Shown here: one piece after another, positions 1 to 8,243 of the stretch
How positions within the stretch are numbered: the first letter of the stretch is position 1
How the letters are laid out: each line of letters starts with the position of its first letter
Source of the DNA: Methanobacterium alkalithermotolerans
GTDB lineage: Archaea; Methanobacteriota; Methanobacteria; Methanobacteriales; Methanobacteriaceae
Assembly (NCBI RefSeq): GCF_018141185.1
Contig: NZ_CP058560.1
Span: 903,447 to 927,446 of the forward strand
Length of the DNA stretch: 24,000 bases
Direction of reading: 5' to 3'
Program-made: the position numbers and the translations under genes
Notes under the pieces: model-generated
What the model saw: the letters and a program-made list of their open reading frames with translations, nothing else
Database searches by the model: none
Told to the model about the DNA's origin: nothing

Positions 1-864
1 TTAATCCCCCATGTATGCAGATTTAATAGATTTGAACCTATCTCCACTTTTGTTTTCAATGAGGTCATATAATTCCTGTGAATATTCCGCCTGGTTTTTA
101 TTAACAAATTCTCCTACAATTAATTTTCCAGCCAGTTCCTCAGGATTCATTTTATCAGCTTTCCTTTTATTTATGCTATTATCTTTCATCCATCTGAGCA
201 TTTCCAGAGGAGACTTCATCTTATTTTTACGTCCATAATAGGTATGACACTGGGAAACCGCTTCAACAAATGAAAATCCTTTATTATTCAATGCATTTTT
301 AATAGCATTTGCCAGTTGAAGTGGCTGAGCTGTGGTCCATCTAGCTACATATGTAGCTCCTGAAGCTGAAACAAGTTCAGCAAGATCAAAAGGCTTTTCA
401 AAGGCACCATAAGGAGCTGTACTTGCATAACTTCCCAGGGGTGAGGTGGGACTTATTTGTCCTCCGGTCATTCCATAGATACTGTTGTTAATACAAATCA
501 CGGTGAGGTCAATATTTCTTCTGGCGGCATGAATAAGATGATTACCTCCAATAGCAGCCGCGTCGCCATCACCAGTGAATACTACCACATCCATATTCGG
601 ATTTCCTAATTTAATGCCTGTTGCAAAAGAAATAGGCCTTCCATGAGTAGTGTGTAATGAATCGCATTTGACATATCCTGGTATTCTAGATGAACATCCA
701 ATACCTGATGCCATATTTATATTATTTAAATCCATTTGAGCCATTTCCATGCCTTTAAAAAAGGCATTTAATACGGTTCCATTACCACAACCAGCACAGA
801 AAATATTGGGAAGCCTATCCTTTCTAAGATATTTCATGAAAGGACTTTCATTGGTTTCTTCCAT
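1..864 (-). CDS. korB: 2-oxoacid:ferredoxin oxidoreductase beta (TPP-binding) subunit, probably 2-oxoglutarate synthase KorB
   Basis: Complete 287-aa ORF (stop at 1..3). N-terminal CAGCGNG cysteine motif. TPP-binding GDG...NN signature (FTGDGDAAAIGGNHL...ICINNSIYGMTGGQ). AAGGAG Shine-Dalgarno 8 nt upstream of the ATG at 864. It directly follows the alpha subunit gene. The Kor (rather than Por/Vor/Ior) assignment rests only on the delta-alpha-beta gene order and subunit sizes, from memory. Confidence 0.85.
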   Translation of the reverse strand: MEETNESPFMKYLRKDRLPNIFCAGCGNGTVLNAFFKGMEMAQMDLNNINMASGIGCSSRIPGYVKCDSLHTTHGRPISFATGIKLGNPNMDVVVFTGDGDAAAIGGNHLIHAARRNIDLTVICINNSIYGMTGGQISPTSPLGSYASTAPYGAFEKPFDLAELVSASGATYVARWTTAQPLQLANAIKNALNNKGFSFVEAVSQCHTYYGRKNKMKSPLEMLRWMKDNSINKRKADKMNPEELAGKLIVGEFVNKNQAEYSQELYDLIENKSGDRFKSIKSAYMGD

Positions 865-898
865 TGTTTAAACTCCTTAATTATATTATATGAAAAAT

Positions 899-2023
899 TT
901 AGACTGATTTAATTTTAGATAATATTTCAGCAGGTTTGTGTATCTCCCCGCCAATTTTAGGATGTAGATAAACCTGAGATTGTCCAGCAGCAACTCTCTG
1001 TACTTCATAAAACATTTGACCTAGATTCATCTCTACTACTATAAGTTTACTTGCAGATTCTGCTGCTTTTTGAATCTGTTTTTCAGGGAAAGGCCACGGA
1101 GTATCTATTTTAATGTATCCTGCTTTAATACCCTCCTCCCTGGCATTTTTTACTGCAGTAGTAACTGATCGGGAAGGGGCCCCATAAGATATCAGGATTA
1201 TATCTGCATCTTCACAAAATTCCTGTTTTACTCGGGTTATATTATCTCTATTTTTTAATATTTTATCACATAGTCGATTAACCAGTTTAGAGTGTTGTTC
1301 TGGTCTAGATGCATCAGGATATCCCTGATCATCGTGAGTAAGTCCAGTTACATGTAAATTATAGCCTTCTCCAAATGGCGGCATTTCAGGAGTATCTGTG
1401 GGATCGGCCTTAAATGGTAGAAAATCTCCTGGAGATTTAGATGGCATTTTACGACTAATTAAATCAGTTTCTTCTCCTATGGATATTTTTTCCCTCATAT
1501 GTCCCACTATCTCATCTCCCAGAACTATAACCGGTACCCTGTACTTTTCTGATAAATTAAATGCCTCCACAGTAAAGTCAAAACATTCCTGGACAGAAGA
1601 TGGTGATAGGGCTATTATTTCATAGTCTCCATGAGATCCCCACCGGGCCTGCATCATATCGCTTTGAGAAGCCATGGTGGGCTGTCCTGTTGATGGAGAG
1701 CCTCTCTGAATATCAGCTATTACTAAAGGGGTTTCAGTCATAGCAGCATAACCAATATGTTCCTGCATTAAAGATAGTCCCGGGCCGGAAGTGGCGGTCA
1801 TTCCTTTAACCCCCGTCCACACCGCTCCAATAACTGATCCCAATGCTGCGATTTCGTCTTCCATCTGAATAAAGGATCCTCCTTCTTTAGGAAGAAGTAC
1901 AGCCATGCTTTCTGCTATTTCAGTTGAAGGTGTAATGGGGTATCCTCCAAAAAACATACACCCTGCTTTTATGGCTCCATGGGCACATGCTTCATTGCCC
2001 TGAATGAAATATTCATTATTCAT
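899..2023 (-). CDS. korA: 2-oxoacid:ferredoxin oxidoreductase alpha subunit, probably KorA
   Basis: 374-aa ORF. The N-terminus QGNEACAHGAIKAGC..FGGYPITPSTEI is typical of OFOR alpha domain I. Its start overlaps the delta gene stop by 8 nt (ATGAATAA), which indicates translational coupling. Confidence 0.85.
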   Translation of the reverse strand: MNNEYFIQGNEACAHGAIKAGCMFFGGYPITPSTEIAESMAVLLPKEGGSFIQMEDEIAALGSVIGAVWTGVKGMTATSGPGLSLMQEHIGYAAMTETPLVIADIQRGSPSTGQPTMASQSDMMQARWGSHGDYEIIALSPSSVQECFDFTVEAFNLSEKYRVPVIVLGDEIVGHMREKISIGEETDLISRKMPSKSPGDFLPFKADPTDTPEMPPFGEGYNLHVTGLTHDDQGYPDASRPEQHSKLVNRLCDKILKNRDNITRVKQEFCEDADIILISYGAPSRSVTTAVKNAREEGIKAGYIKIDTPWPFPEKQIQKAAESASKLIVVEMNLGQMFYEVQRVAAGQSQVYLHPKIGGEIHKPAEILSKIKSV

Positions 2024-2237
2024 CGTCTTCCTCCACCTTTATAGCTTGATCAGGACACATCAAAGCACATAAATTACATTTAGAACATTCATCCTGATTT
2101 TTTGGTATGGGGATGTGCACTCCCTTCTTATCCAAAGTTTTAGATTGCTCATATACCTTTTTAGGACAGAATTCCATGCAAATATTGCATCCCTTACATA
2201 GATTAGGGTCTAGTTTTATCATGCTAATTCGTCTCAT
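2016..2237 (-). CDS. korD: 2-oxoacid:ferredoxin oxidoreductase delta subunit (2x[4Fe-4S] ferredoxin-like)
   Basis: 73-aa ORF with two CxxCxxCxxxCP motifs (CKGCNICMEFCP and CSKCNLCALMCP). It is the first gene of the D-A-B operon. An alternative start at the internal Met (2222) is possible, and no Shine-Dalgarno is seen for either start. Confidence 0.8.
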   Translation of the reverse strand: MRRISMIKLDPNLCKGCNICMEFCPKKVYEQSKTLDKKGVHIPIPKNQDECSKCNLCALMCPDQAIKVEEDDE

Positions 2238-2493
2238 TTTTTTTATTAGATTTAAAAATAGTTTAGATTTATTTATTATAAATAATTAATCATTATAATT
2301 ATGCTCAAATATCATGTTTTAACTTTAGTTTCCAAGGATTTTTTTGAAAATTCTTAAAAAATTAGAGTATATAATAATTAGATTGATTTGGGGATTTAAA
2401 TAATTTTTTTATTAGAAATTCAACTTAAAGAATATTATCGCAATCTAATAAAATCCTTTGATTAAGGAGATGGCAACCTATAAAAAATTAATA

Positions 2494-2886
2494 TTATTCT
2501 TCCTTTATGCTCTCCACATACATTAAGGGATAATTCAGATCAGGGATAAAATTCATTCTAATTACCGCCCTGGTTTTTTTAAAATCACAATGGAGTTCCA
2601 CGTCCAGCATATCTCCTGTGAGGGAAGTATATTCAAATTCCGTATCTAATTCAGCTAATATATGAGGATTAATCCGGACTTTAATCTTCTTGACTCCTGG
2701 CTGTAATTTAATACTTTCTTCAATGGCTTTTTGAAGAGAATCCGCACTTTTCAAACTTACCGGAGTTCCTATGAATTGGTGGAAAAGTGCACCCATGCTT
2801 ATGGCCCCCTCAAATATAGCCCTCTCCCGGGAAGATAGATTGCTGAAATATTTTTCATTTACTTTATCTTTATCATTGATATCCAT
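2494..2886 (-). CDS. small conserved archaeal protein, possibly an MptD-type dihydroneopterin aldolase (COG2098-like)
   Basis: 130-aa ORF with no transmembrane segment. The segment RERAIFEGAISMGALFHQFIGTPVS resembles my recollection of the ERA.FE.G...GA..HQF.GTP signature of the archaeal DHNA/MptD family. This is a recollection only and has not been verified. Confidence 0.45.
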   Translation of the reverse strand: MDINDKDKVNEKYFSNLSSRERAIFEGAISMGALFHQFIGTPVSLKSADSLQKAIEESIKLQPGVKKIKVRINPHILAELDTEFEYTSLTGDMLDVELHCDFKKTRAVIRMNFIPDLNYPLMYVESIKEE

Positions 2887-2926
2887 AAAAACACCTTTAT
2901 TAAATGAAATCAGGAGTTAGATTACA

Positions 2927-3646
2927 TTAAATACCAAATAAATTATTTATATCAGATAACTTTCCAGTAATAAAATCAGGAGGAATAGGGAAGAGATAGG
3001 CCAGTGTTAAAAATAGTGTTAAGGCGATTACCACAAATAATACTATTTTTTTATCCTCATTTACCGGGTAAAAGTAAGTCAGTGCCAGTCCACCAATTAA
3101 AAACCCCGCGATCATTAAGATTGCATAATAGTTCTCAGGATTATCCTGAGTAAATGTTTCATTTAAGGGTGTTAAACTAACTAAGTCTGTTTCAACTATC
3201 AAACGTTCCCGGGCAGAGCCTATAGGATGACAAGTAATTAAAAATAATTTTTCACCCTGTTCCACTGATATTCGGTAGGAAGCCGGGACAATAAAGGTAT
3301 TGTTAACCCTATATTCACCTTTTCCCACCCCCGGCCATTCCAGGAAAACAGAATCACCTGCTTTTAATCCATCCAATTTAAAAAAAGGTGATCCATACAT
3401 GGTACGATGTCCAAAAAGAATAACAGTTCCATTTCCAGGTTTCATGGATTGAGGTTCATGATATACACCATAGGAAACAGATTTATTATTAATATTTTGA
3501 GTAACATCAATAGAGGGCATTACCACAACCGCAGTGGTGGTATTGTTTTCCATTACAATTTGGGATGCATAAAAACTTACATCAATTAAAAAATAAAGGG
3601 ATATGATCAACATTCCCACTACAATAAAAAAGGTAGAGATTCGCAT
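2927..3646 (-). CDS. sortase-family transpeptidase homologue, membrane anchored
   Basis: 239-aa ORF. It has an N-terminal signal-anchor helix. The catalytic-triad-like motifs are TVILFGHR (His80), FLITCHP (Cys139, TLxTC-like) and RLIVE (Arg148), in the spacing seen in class C/D/E sortases. Two additional C-terminal transmembrane helices are present. There is no Shine-Dalgarno; a TATA-like box sits about 27 nt upstream of the ATG. Confidence 0.7.
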   Translation of the reverse strand: MRISTFFIVVGMLIISLYFLIDVSFYASQIVMENNTTTAVVVMPSIDVTQNINNKSVSYGVYHEPQSMKPGNGTVILFGHRTMYGSPFFKLDGLKAGDSVFLEWPGVGKGEYRVNNTFIVPASYRISVEQGEKLFLITCHPIGSARERLIVETDLVSLTPLNETFTQDNPENYYAILMIAGFLIGGLALTYFYPVNEDKKIVLFVVIALTLFLTLAYLFPIPPDFITGKLSDINNLFGI

Positions 3647-3673
3647 AGGTTATTTACTCATTAATTCTTCTGA

Positions 3674-3681
3674 AATATAAA
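3674..3681 (-). promoter_or_regulatory. candidate archaeal TATA box for the sortase gene (leaderless or near-leaderless mRNA)
   Basis: On the minus strand this reads TTTATATT. It ends 27 nt upstream of the sortase ATG (3646), which lacks a ribosome-binding site. That spacing fits a transcription start at or just before the start codon. Confidence 0.35.
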
Positions 3682-3695
3682 TATTTTTAAATTTT

Positions 3696-3729
3696 AAAAA
3701 AAGGATCAAGGGGTTAAAATAAAAACCCC
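3696..3729 (-). terminator. hairpin plus oligo-U terminator or attenuator after the surface-protein gene
   Basis: The minus strand reads GGGGTT-TTTATTTT-AACCCC (perfect 6-bp GC-rich stem), then TTGATCC, then TTTTTTT. It begins 3 nt after the stop codon at 3733..3735. Confidence 0.55.
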
Positions 3730-3732
3730 GGT

Positions 3733-4650
3733 TTAATGGCGCATAAACTTAGCGTAAACTACACCGGCACCAGCTACTAATGCACCTACTATAAATAATC
3801 CATAGGGAACACCAGTATCTCTGGTAGGAACTGAAGTAGTATTTTCCTGAGCACCTGCTGTTGGAATAGAACTGGAACGCCCCTGGGTGGCGCTGGATGA
3901 GCTTCTACCCATTGGCCATTCATAGACGTAGTTGAATACTCGAGAAGCACCTGGTTCCATTACTACATCCCAGGAAGCAATTTGAGTATCAACCGCAAGT
4001 TCGTCATCTAAGAATGTCACCCGTGGATTACTGTGTGTTAATTTAGAGTCAACAGGGACAATAGGTGCTCTTACTATACCGGATACCCTGGTGGAGTCCA
4101 CATTGGTTAGGCGGAAGCTGAAGTTTCCTTTCCACCGTAATATATCCAGATTAGGATTTAAAATTTCCAGTTCATTAGGAACAAACCAGGAAGCCATAAG
4201 GCCAGGTTCTGGTACCAGTGGCCAGTATACACCATCATCGGAATCCGCCCTTATAATATACGAGGGTATTTGTCCCATTTGTCCCACAGCAGATAGCTTG
4301 AAACAAACAGATTTAGTTTCCCCGGGCTGAATCTTCCAACCATAATCTCCTCCCAATTCAGGATATCGAGATTTGACCATTTTTACTGCAGCAGGGCTGG
4401 TCCAGTCAATAACCCAGAGTATGGTATTGTTTTCTGCTTCAGCCAGACTACCCTGATATGCCTGACTTATTTTAAAGTATTGCACATGATCATTGTTATT
4501 TTTAATTGTTACCAATATTTCCGCGGATAAATCCGAAAATTTATAGCTGGTAGCCTCTGGATTTTCCACTACCCAAACTTCTGATCCCCAGGACATTCCG
4601 GCAAAAGCCAGTATCAATATTAAAACGATGCAAATTTTATCCACTTTCAT
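3733..4650 (-). CDS. secreted two-domain beta-sandwich-like surface protein with a C-terminal hydrophobic anchor and basic tail (candidate sortase substrate)
   Basis: The start is refined from the track's 4710 to the ATG at 4650, which has a strong AAGGGGGA Shine-Dalgarno 6 nt upstream. Signal peptide MKVDKICIVLILILAFAGMSWG. Several N-x-S/T sequons. Ser-rich linker. The C-terminus is ...SSSIPTAGAQENTTSVPTRDTGVPYGLFIVGALVAGAGVVYAKFMRH. Confidence 0.7.
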   Translation of the reverse strand: MKVDKICIVLILILAFAGMSWGSEVWVVENPEATSYKFSDLSAEILVTIKNNNDHVQYFKISQAYQGSLAEAENNTILWVIDWTSPAAVKMVKSRYPELGGDYGWKIQPGETKSVCFKLSAVGQMGQIPSYIIRADSDDGVYWPLVPEPGLMASWFVPNELEILNPNLDILRWKGNFSFRLTNVDSTRVSGIVRAPIVPVDSKLTHSNPRVTFLDDELAVDTQIASWDVVMEPGASRVFNYVYEWPMGRSSSSATQGRSSSIPTAGAQENTTSVPTRDTGVPYGLFIVGALVAGAGVVYAKFMRH

Positions 4651-4706
4651 TTTAAGTCCCCCTTTTTGAATTAGAGTATAAAAATAATAAAGTGGTTGAG
4701 GGGTAA

Positions 4707-6107
4707 TCAACCATATATGGTTCTTAATTCATTAATCATCCAATTTGGAGCTTGCTGAGTAGGAACTGTTAGAATTATGCTGTCCATATTCTGTATTAAG
4801 AATAAAACATTTTCTCTAGGTACTTCCAGCAAGAGTAAGTACTGTGCATCCAGTTCACCAAGATTGGATGTTCTCTCAAAGTCAGATAACTTGATTCCAT
4901 AGTTTTGGAGTAAAGCCCTTGTTTCAGCTTCATTAAATCCTCCTGATGCAGCTGCCCTTAATAGTTGTTCCACATCAGCAGAAGATGTTTGTTCTCGTTG
5001 GCTTTGGGAAATCAGTTCATTAACTGAAAAACTCTGGCCACGGGTCACCCTGGCATCAATAGTTCCACTGTCTTTAGCCCTTAATATTGCCAGAACAGTA
5101 GCTCCACTAATTTGAGGAGTTGAACTTTCAGGTGTCTGAGTTGTTTGAGCTGGTTGTGCTTCTTCTCCCTCTTCTGTTTCATTTTGTTCAGGTTGTGCTT
5201 GTTGTTCCTGCTCCGGAGAAACCCTCAGATAAACATCCACCATATTACCCACACTAATTAGGCCCCCTGCCGCCTGTAATCGAGATATAATTATGGGTAC
5301 TGCCACGGTATCCGGGGTTTGAATTTCCATATTAGCCAGAACAGTAGCATCTGCCTGGGAAATAAATCTTTGGGCATCACTGGCCTTCATGATTACATTT
5401 TTCTGAGAACCAGAAGTATCCTGTTCAGGTGCAGACGGATCAGTGGAATAAACAATCATTACCCTGTCAAAAGGATCTTTTTTGCTATTGAGTTGCTGGT
5501 TTTGATATGTTCGCCAGGAATTAGTAGCCGGGCCAATCACATCCACCGACAGTACCTGCTCAGGAGTTACTCCTGCATCAATATCAGCTAGAAGAGCCTG
5601 TTTTTCAGGGTCTACAGCTAATGGACCTTTAAAATAGGCATTAATTTCATTTAATTTGGTTGCCTTAGCATCCTGCAACGTTTCTTGATAAGGAGCATAA
5701 ACAAGGAAATAATAACCAGAAGCTACCAGTATTATCAAAATCAGACCGAAAACCGCCGCACCAATAATCGTCCTTTGATCATCATCATCGCCAGGCAATT
5801 TTCTTCCGAAAGGACCCCCACCAGAAGCAGCTTTGGCCCCTATAGGCTTTTTAGCTTTATCTTTAGGTTTAAGCCTGATTTTTTCATCGCCCTTAGGCTT
5901 GATTCTAGGTTTAGGCATTGGTCGAGCTTTCTTAACTGGACCCCTCGAAGGTTTTTCTTCACTCTTATTCGCTTTTCCAGATATCTTACCAACCAGATCT
6001 TGGATTTTGCCTCCCACGTCAGACGATTCTTTCTCGCCGTTTTTCCTCAGATCTGGAGGAGAATCTTTATTGTTTTTCTTTTTACTACCTTTCAACTTAT
6101 CTAACAT
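4707..6107 (-). CDS. single-pass membrane protein: Lys/Pro-rich cytoplasmic N-terminal region, one transmembrane helix, extracellular domain with an acidic Q/E-rich insert (weak CpaB/RcpC-like pattern)
   Basis: Long ORF. The ATG at 6107 is preferred over the GTG at 6116. About 120 aa of K/P-rich low complexity precede the transmembrane segment IIGAAVFGLILIILVASGYYFLVY. The external region contains VAVPIIISRLQAAGGLISVGNMVDVYLRV....ATVLAILRAKDSG. The start overlaps the pssA stop (6097..6099). Confidence 0.7.
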   Translation of the reverse strand: MLDKLKGSKKKNNKDSPPDLRKNGEKESSDVGGKIQDLVGKISGKANKSEEKPSRGPVKKARPMPKPRIKPKGDEKIRLKPKDKAKKPIGAKAASGGGPFGRKLPGDDDDQRTIIGAAVFGLILIILVASGYYFLVYAPYQETLQDAKATKLNEINAYFKGPLAVDPEKQALLADIDAGVTPEQVLSVDVIGPATNSWRTYQNQQLNSKKDPFDRVMIVYSTDPSAPEQDTSGSQKNVIMKASDAQRFISQADATVLANMEIQTPDTVAVPIIISRLQAAGGLISVGNMVDVYLRVSPEQEQQAQPEQNETEEGEEAQPAQTTQTPESSTPQISGATVLAILRAKDSGTIDARVTRGQSFSVNELISQSQREQTSSADVEQLLRAAASGGFNEAETRALLQNYGIKLSDFERTSNLGELDAQYLLLLEVPRENVLFLIQNMDSIILTVPTQQAPNWMINELRTIYG

Positions 6108-6825
6108 GTGGACCACTTCTTAGATTCGTGAATAAGGCCAAAATGGGCATAAATATTATGAAAGTCATGGTTAGGATGAATAAAATCATGGCCGGGATAT
6201 TCATCAAACTTATTTGAATGTTTTGAGGCAATGAAACTGTCAGTATTAATATTAAAGACAGTCCTGCAGTTTTAATGCTTCTTATTTTAGGATACTCTAG
6301 GGTACTAATCATTAATAAGGACACGATAGTCATTATCAGGAGAGCTATGTCCTCCCTAAACATACCGGTAAGATAAAATGATGCCAGCACCACAGCAGTA
6401 ATAGGTATGGGCAATCCCACAAATTTATCTTGTGGAGTTCCAATTTGTGAAATGACATTGAACCTTGAAAGCCTCAATATACCACATATTACTATTAAGA
6501 GACTTACTAATATATTAATGTATCGTATATCATATGATAAAGTGGCTGAATACAAAAAGATTCCCGGCGCAACACCAAAGGATATAACATCACATAATGA
6601 ATCCATATTTTTTCCAAATCCTAATTTATCATCCCTATTTATTTTTCGTGCCACCCATCCATCAATAGAATCAAAAATTACTGCAATTAATATTAATTGA
6701 GCAGAAATTATTAAATAACCGTCCATGGCCATTATAATAGCCATAAATCCGAATACAGCATTAAAAATGGAGAAAAGGTCTGGAAGAGAAAAGTAATCTT
6801 TTATTCGCATAGTTTCTAGACTCAT
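6097..6825 (-). CDS. pssA: CDP-alcohol phosphatidyltransferase, probable archaetidylserine synthase
   Basis: 242-aa polytopic membrane ORF with the CDP-alcohol phosphatidyltransferase motif DSIDGWVARK(x8)GKNMDSLCDVISFG, i.e. D-G-x2-A-R...G-x3-D-x3-D. Serine specificity is inferred from the adjacent psd gene. Confidence 0.8.
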   Translation of the reverse strand: MSLETMRIKDYFSLPDLFSIFNAVFGFMAIIMAMDGYLIISAQLILIAVIFDSIDGWVARKINRDDKLGFGKNMDSLCDVISFGVAPGIFLYSATLSYDIRYINILVSLLIVICGILRLSRFNVISQIGTPQDKFVGLPIPITAVVLASFYLTGMFREDIALLIMTIVSLLMISTLEYPKIRSIKTAGLSLILILTVSLPQNIQISLMNIPAMILFILTMTFIIFMPILALFTNLRSGPHVR

Positions 6826-7000
6826 TATTAGACTCCCTGGTAATTAAATTGTAACTAAAGACTAATATAAATATTATAGGAATATTCTGTAATTAGAGTT
6901 ACCTACTACTGAAATAATGCCCCAAAAATAAAGATAGTCGTATATTATTAAATCATCCTATTAATTTAATATAAAAATCTGATTAAAAAAAGCTTAAATA

Positions 7001-7660
7001 TCACTTTAAAGAGGCCATAACTGTTTCTCCAGCCTTGGGTTTATCTCCTACTTCTACCATTACCTTAAATTTTTCATAGGGTACTATTAAATCAACACGG
7101 GATCCAAACCGGATCATGCCTAAACGACTCCCTATATTTACCTCATCCCCCACCTGAACATATTGGACAATCCTGCGAGCAACAAAACCGGCTATCTGAA
7201 TAACCCCTATTTTCCCATATTCAGACTCAATAACAATCAGATTTTTTTCATTTTCGGTCTTCACATTACCAAAGGCCACCTTGAATTTTCCCGGGCAATA
7301 TTTAGTTTTAACCACCTGGCCTGATACAGGAGCACGATTAACATGAACATCAAAAGGAGACATGAAGGTGCTAATTAGAATTCCTTTTTCGTTTTTTTCC
7401 AGAACATACTCCATTAAAGGGTAATCATAATCCACCTGTTCTATACGATCAATTTTGCCCTTTAAAATTCTGCCATCTGCTGCTGCCACCACAATTCCTT
7501 TATCCATTGGGGAATTTCTATTTGGATCTCTAAAAAATTGCATTAAAAATGCTATAAAAGAAAAAAGAAGAAAACTTATTATAAAATAACCAAAAAGGAA
7601 TGGTAAAAGTGCTAGGGTAAATAGTATACTTGCTTTTTTGAAAGTTCCTTTGACGAACAT
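7001..7660 (-). CDS. psd: phosphatidylserine (archaetidylserine) decarboxylase proenzyme
   Basis: The ATG at 7660 has an AGGTG Shine-Dalgarno 5 nt upstream; the track start at 7666 is a GTG. There is an N-terminal transmembrane segment. The GMIRFGSRVDLIVP motif carries the G-S self-cleavage (pyruvoyl-forming) site near the C-terminus. Confidence 0.8.
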   Translation of the reverse strand: MFVKGTFKKASILFTLALLPFLFGYFIISFLLFSFIAFLMQFFRDPNRNSPMDKGIVVAAADGRILKGKIDRIEQVDYDYPLMEYVLEKNEKGILISTFMSPFDVHVNRAPVSGQVVKTKYCPGKFKVAFGNVKTENEKNLIVIESEYGKIGVIQIAGFVARRIVQYVQVGDEVNIGSRLGMIRFGSRVDLIVPYEKFKVMVEVGDKPKAGETVMASLK

Positions 7661-8243
7661 GTGCACACCTGGTGATTAAGAGAATATTAATGAAGTAATT
7701 TTTTTAATTAAATTTATAGATTATTTAAGTAGATAATGATTATTTTCTATTAGCACCTTGCGATTGATAATAGCATATAAAGTATATAATCAGTTATGTG
7801 CATTACCGCCTATTTAATTTCCCTTGAAATTAGTATGATATATAATAATAGATAAATTAATTATATATTTCAGCATTGCCTTGAAATTTATTAATATAGA
7901 TAAAAATAGATTTAATAAATCTTATTATAATTACGTTTTTTATATTTTAAAATAAATAAGGGCATTATAACTAGATATAAAGACCTGAGAGGAAATATAT
8001 GAAATTTTATTTTAATAGGTGTGGGAACATATTAATTAATGAAAAGTTTATATTAGCACATATAATATATAATCCAGAATCAATTAAATATTTGGTTGAT
8101 AATTAATGGAAAAAAGAAAAATGGTTAGTTGGGATTACATATAAACATCTATAAATTAATATTTTATAAAATGTTTTTTAAAGTAATTTAAAATGAGTAT
8201 TTTTTTAAATTTATAACTATTACCCTCCTGCGAAGTGGTATTA

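Noticed and set aside
4651-4710. Track start at 4710 for the surface protein, which gives a 4-nt overlap with the upstream gene.
   Set aside because: The extra 20 residues (MITPQPLYYFYTLIQKGGLK) precede an obvious signal peptide. The internal ATG at 4650 has a strong AAGGGGGA Shine-Dalgarno, so the shorter gene model is preferred.
5685-6123. Plus-strand ORFs of 139 aa and 96 aa, antisense to the Lys-rich N-terminus of the membrane protein.
   Set aside because: They are mirror images of AAR/CCN-rich low-complexity coding sequence. Their products are low-complexity F/L/R-rich, and they have no start context.
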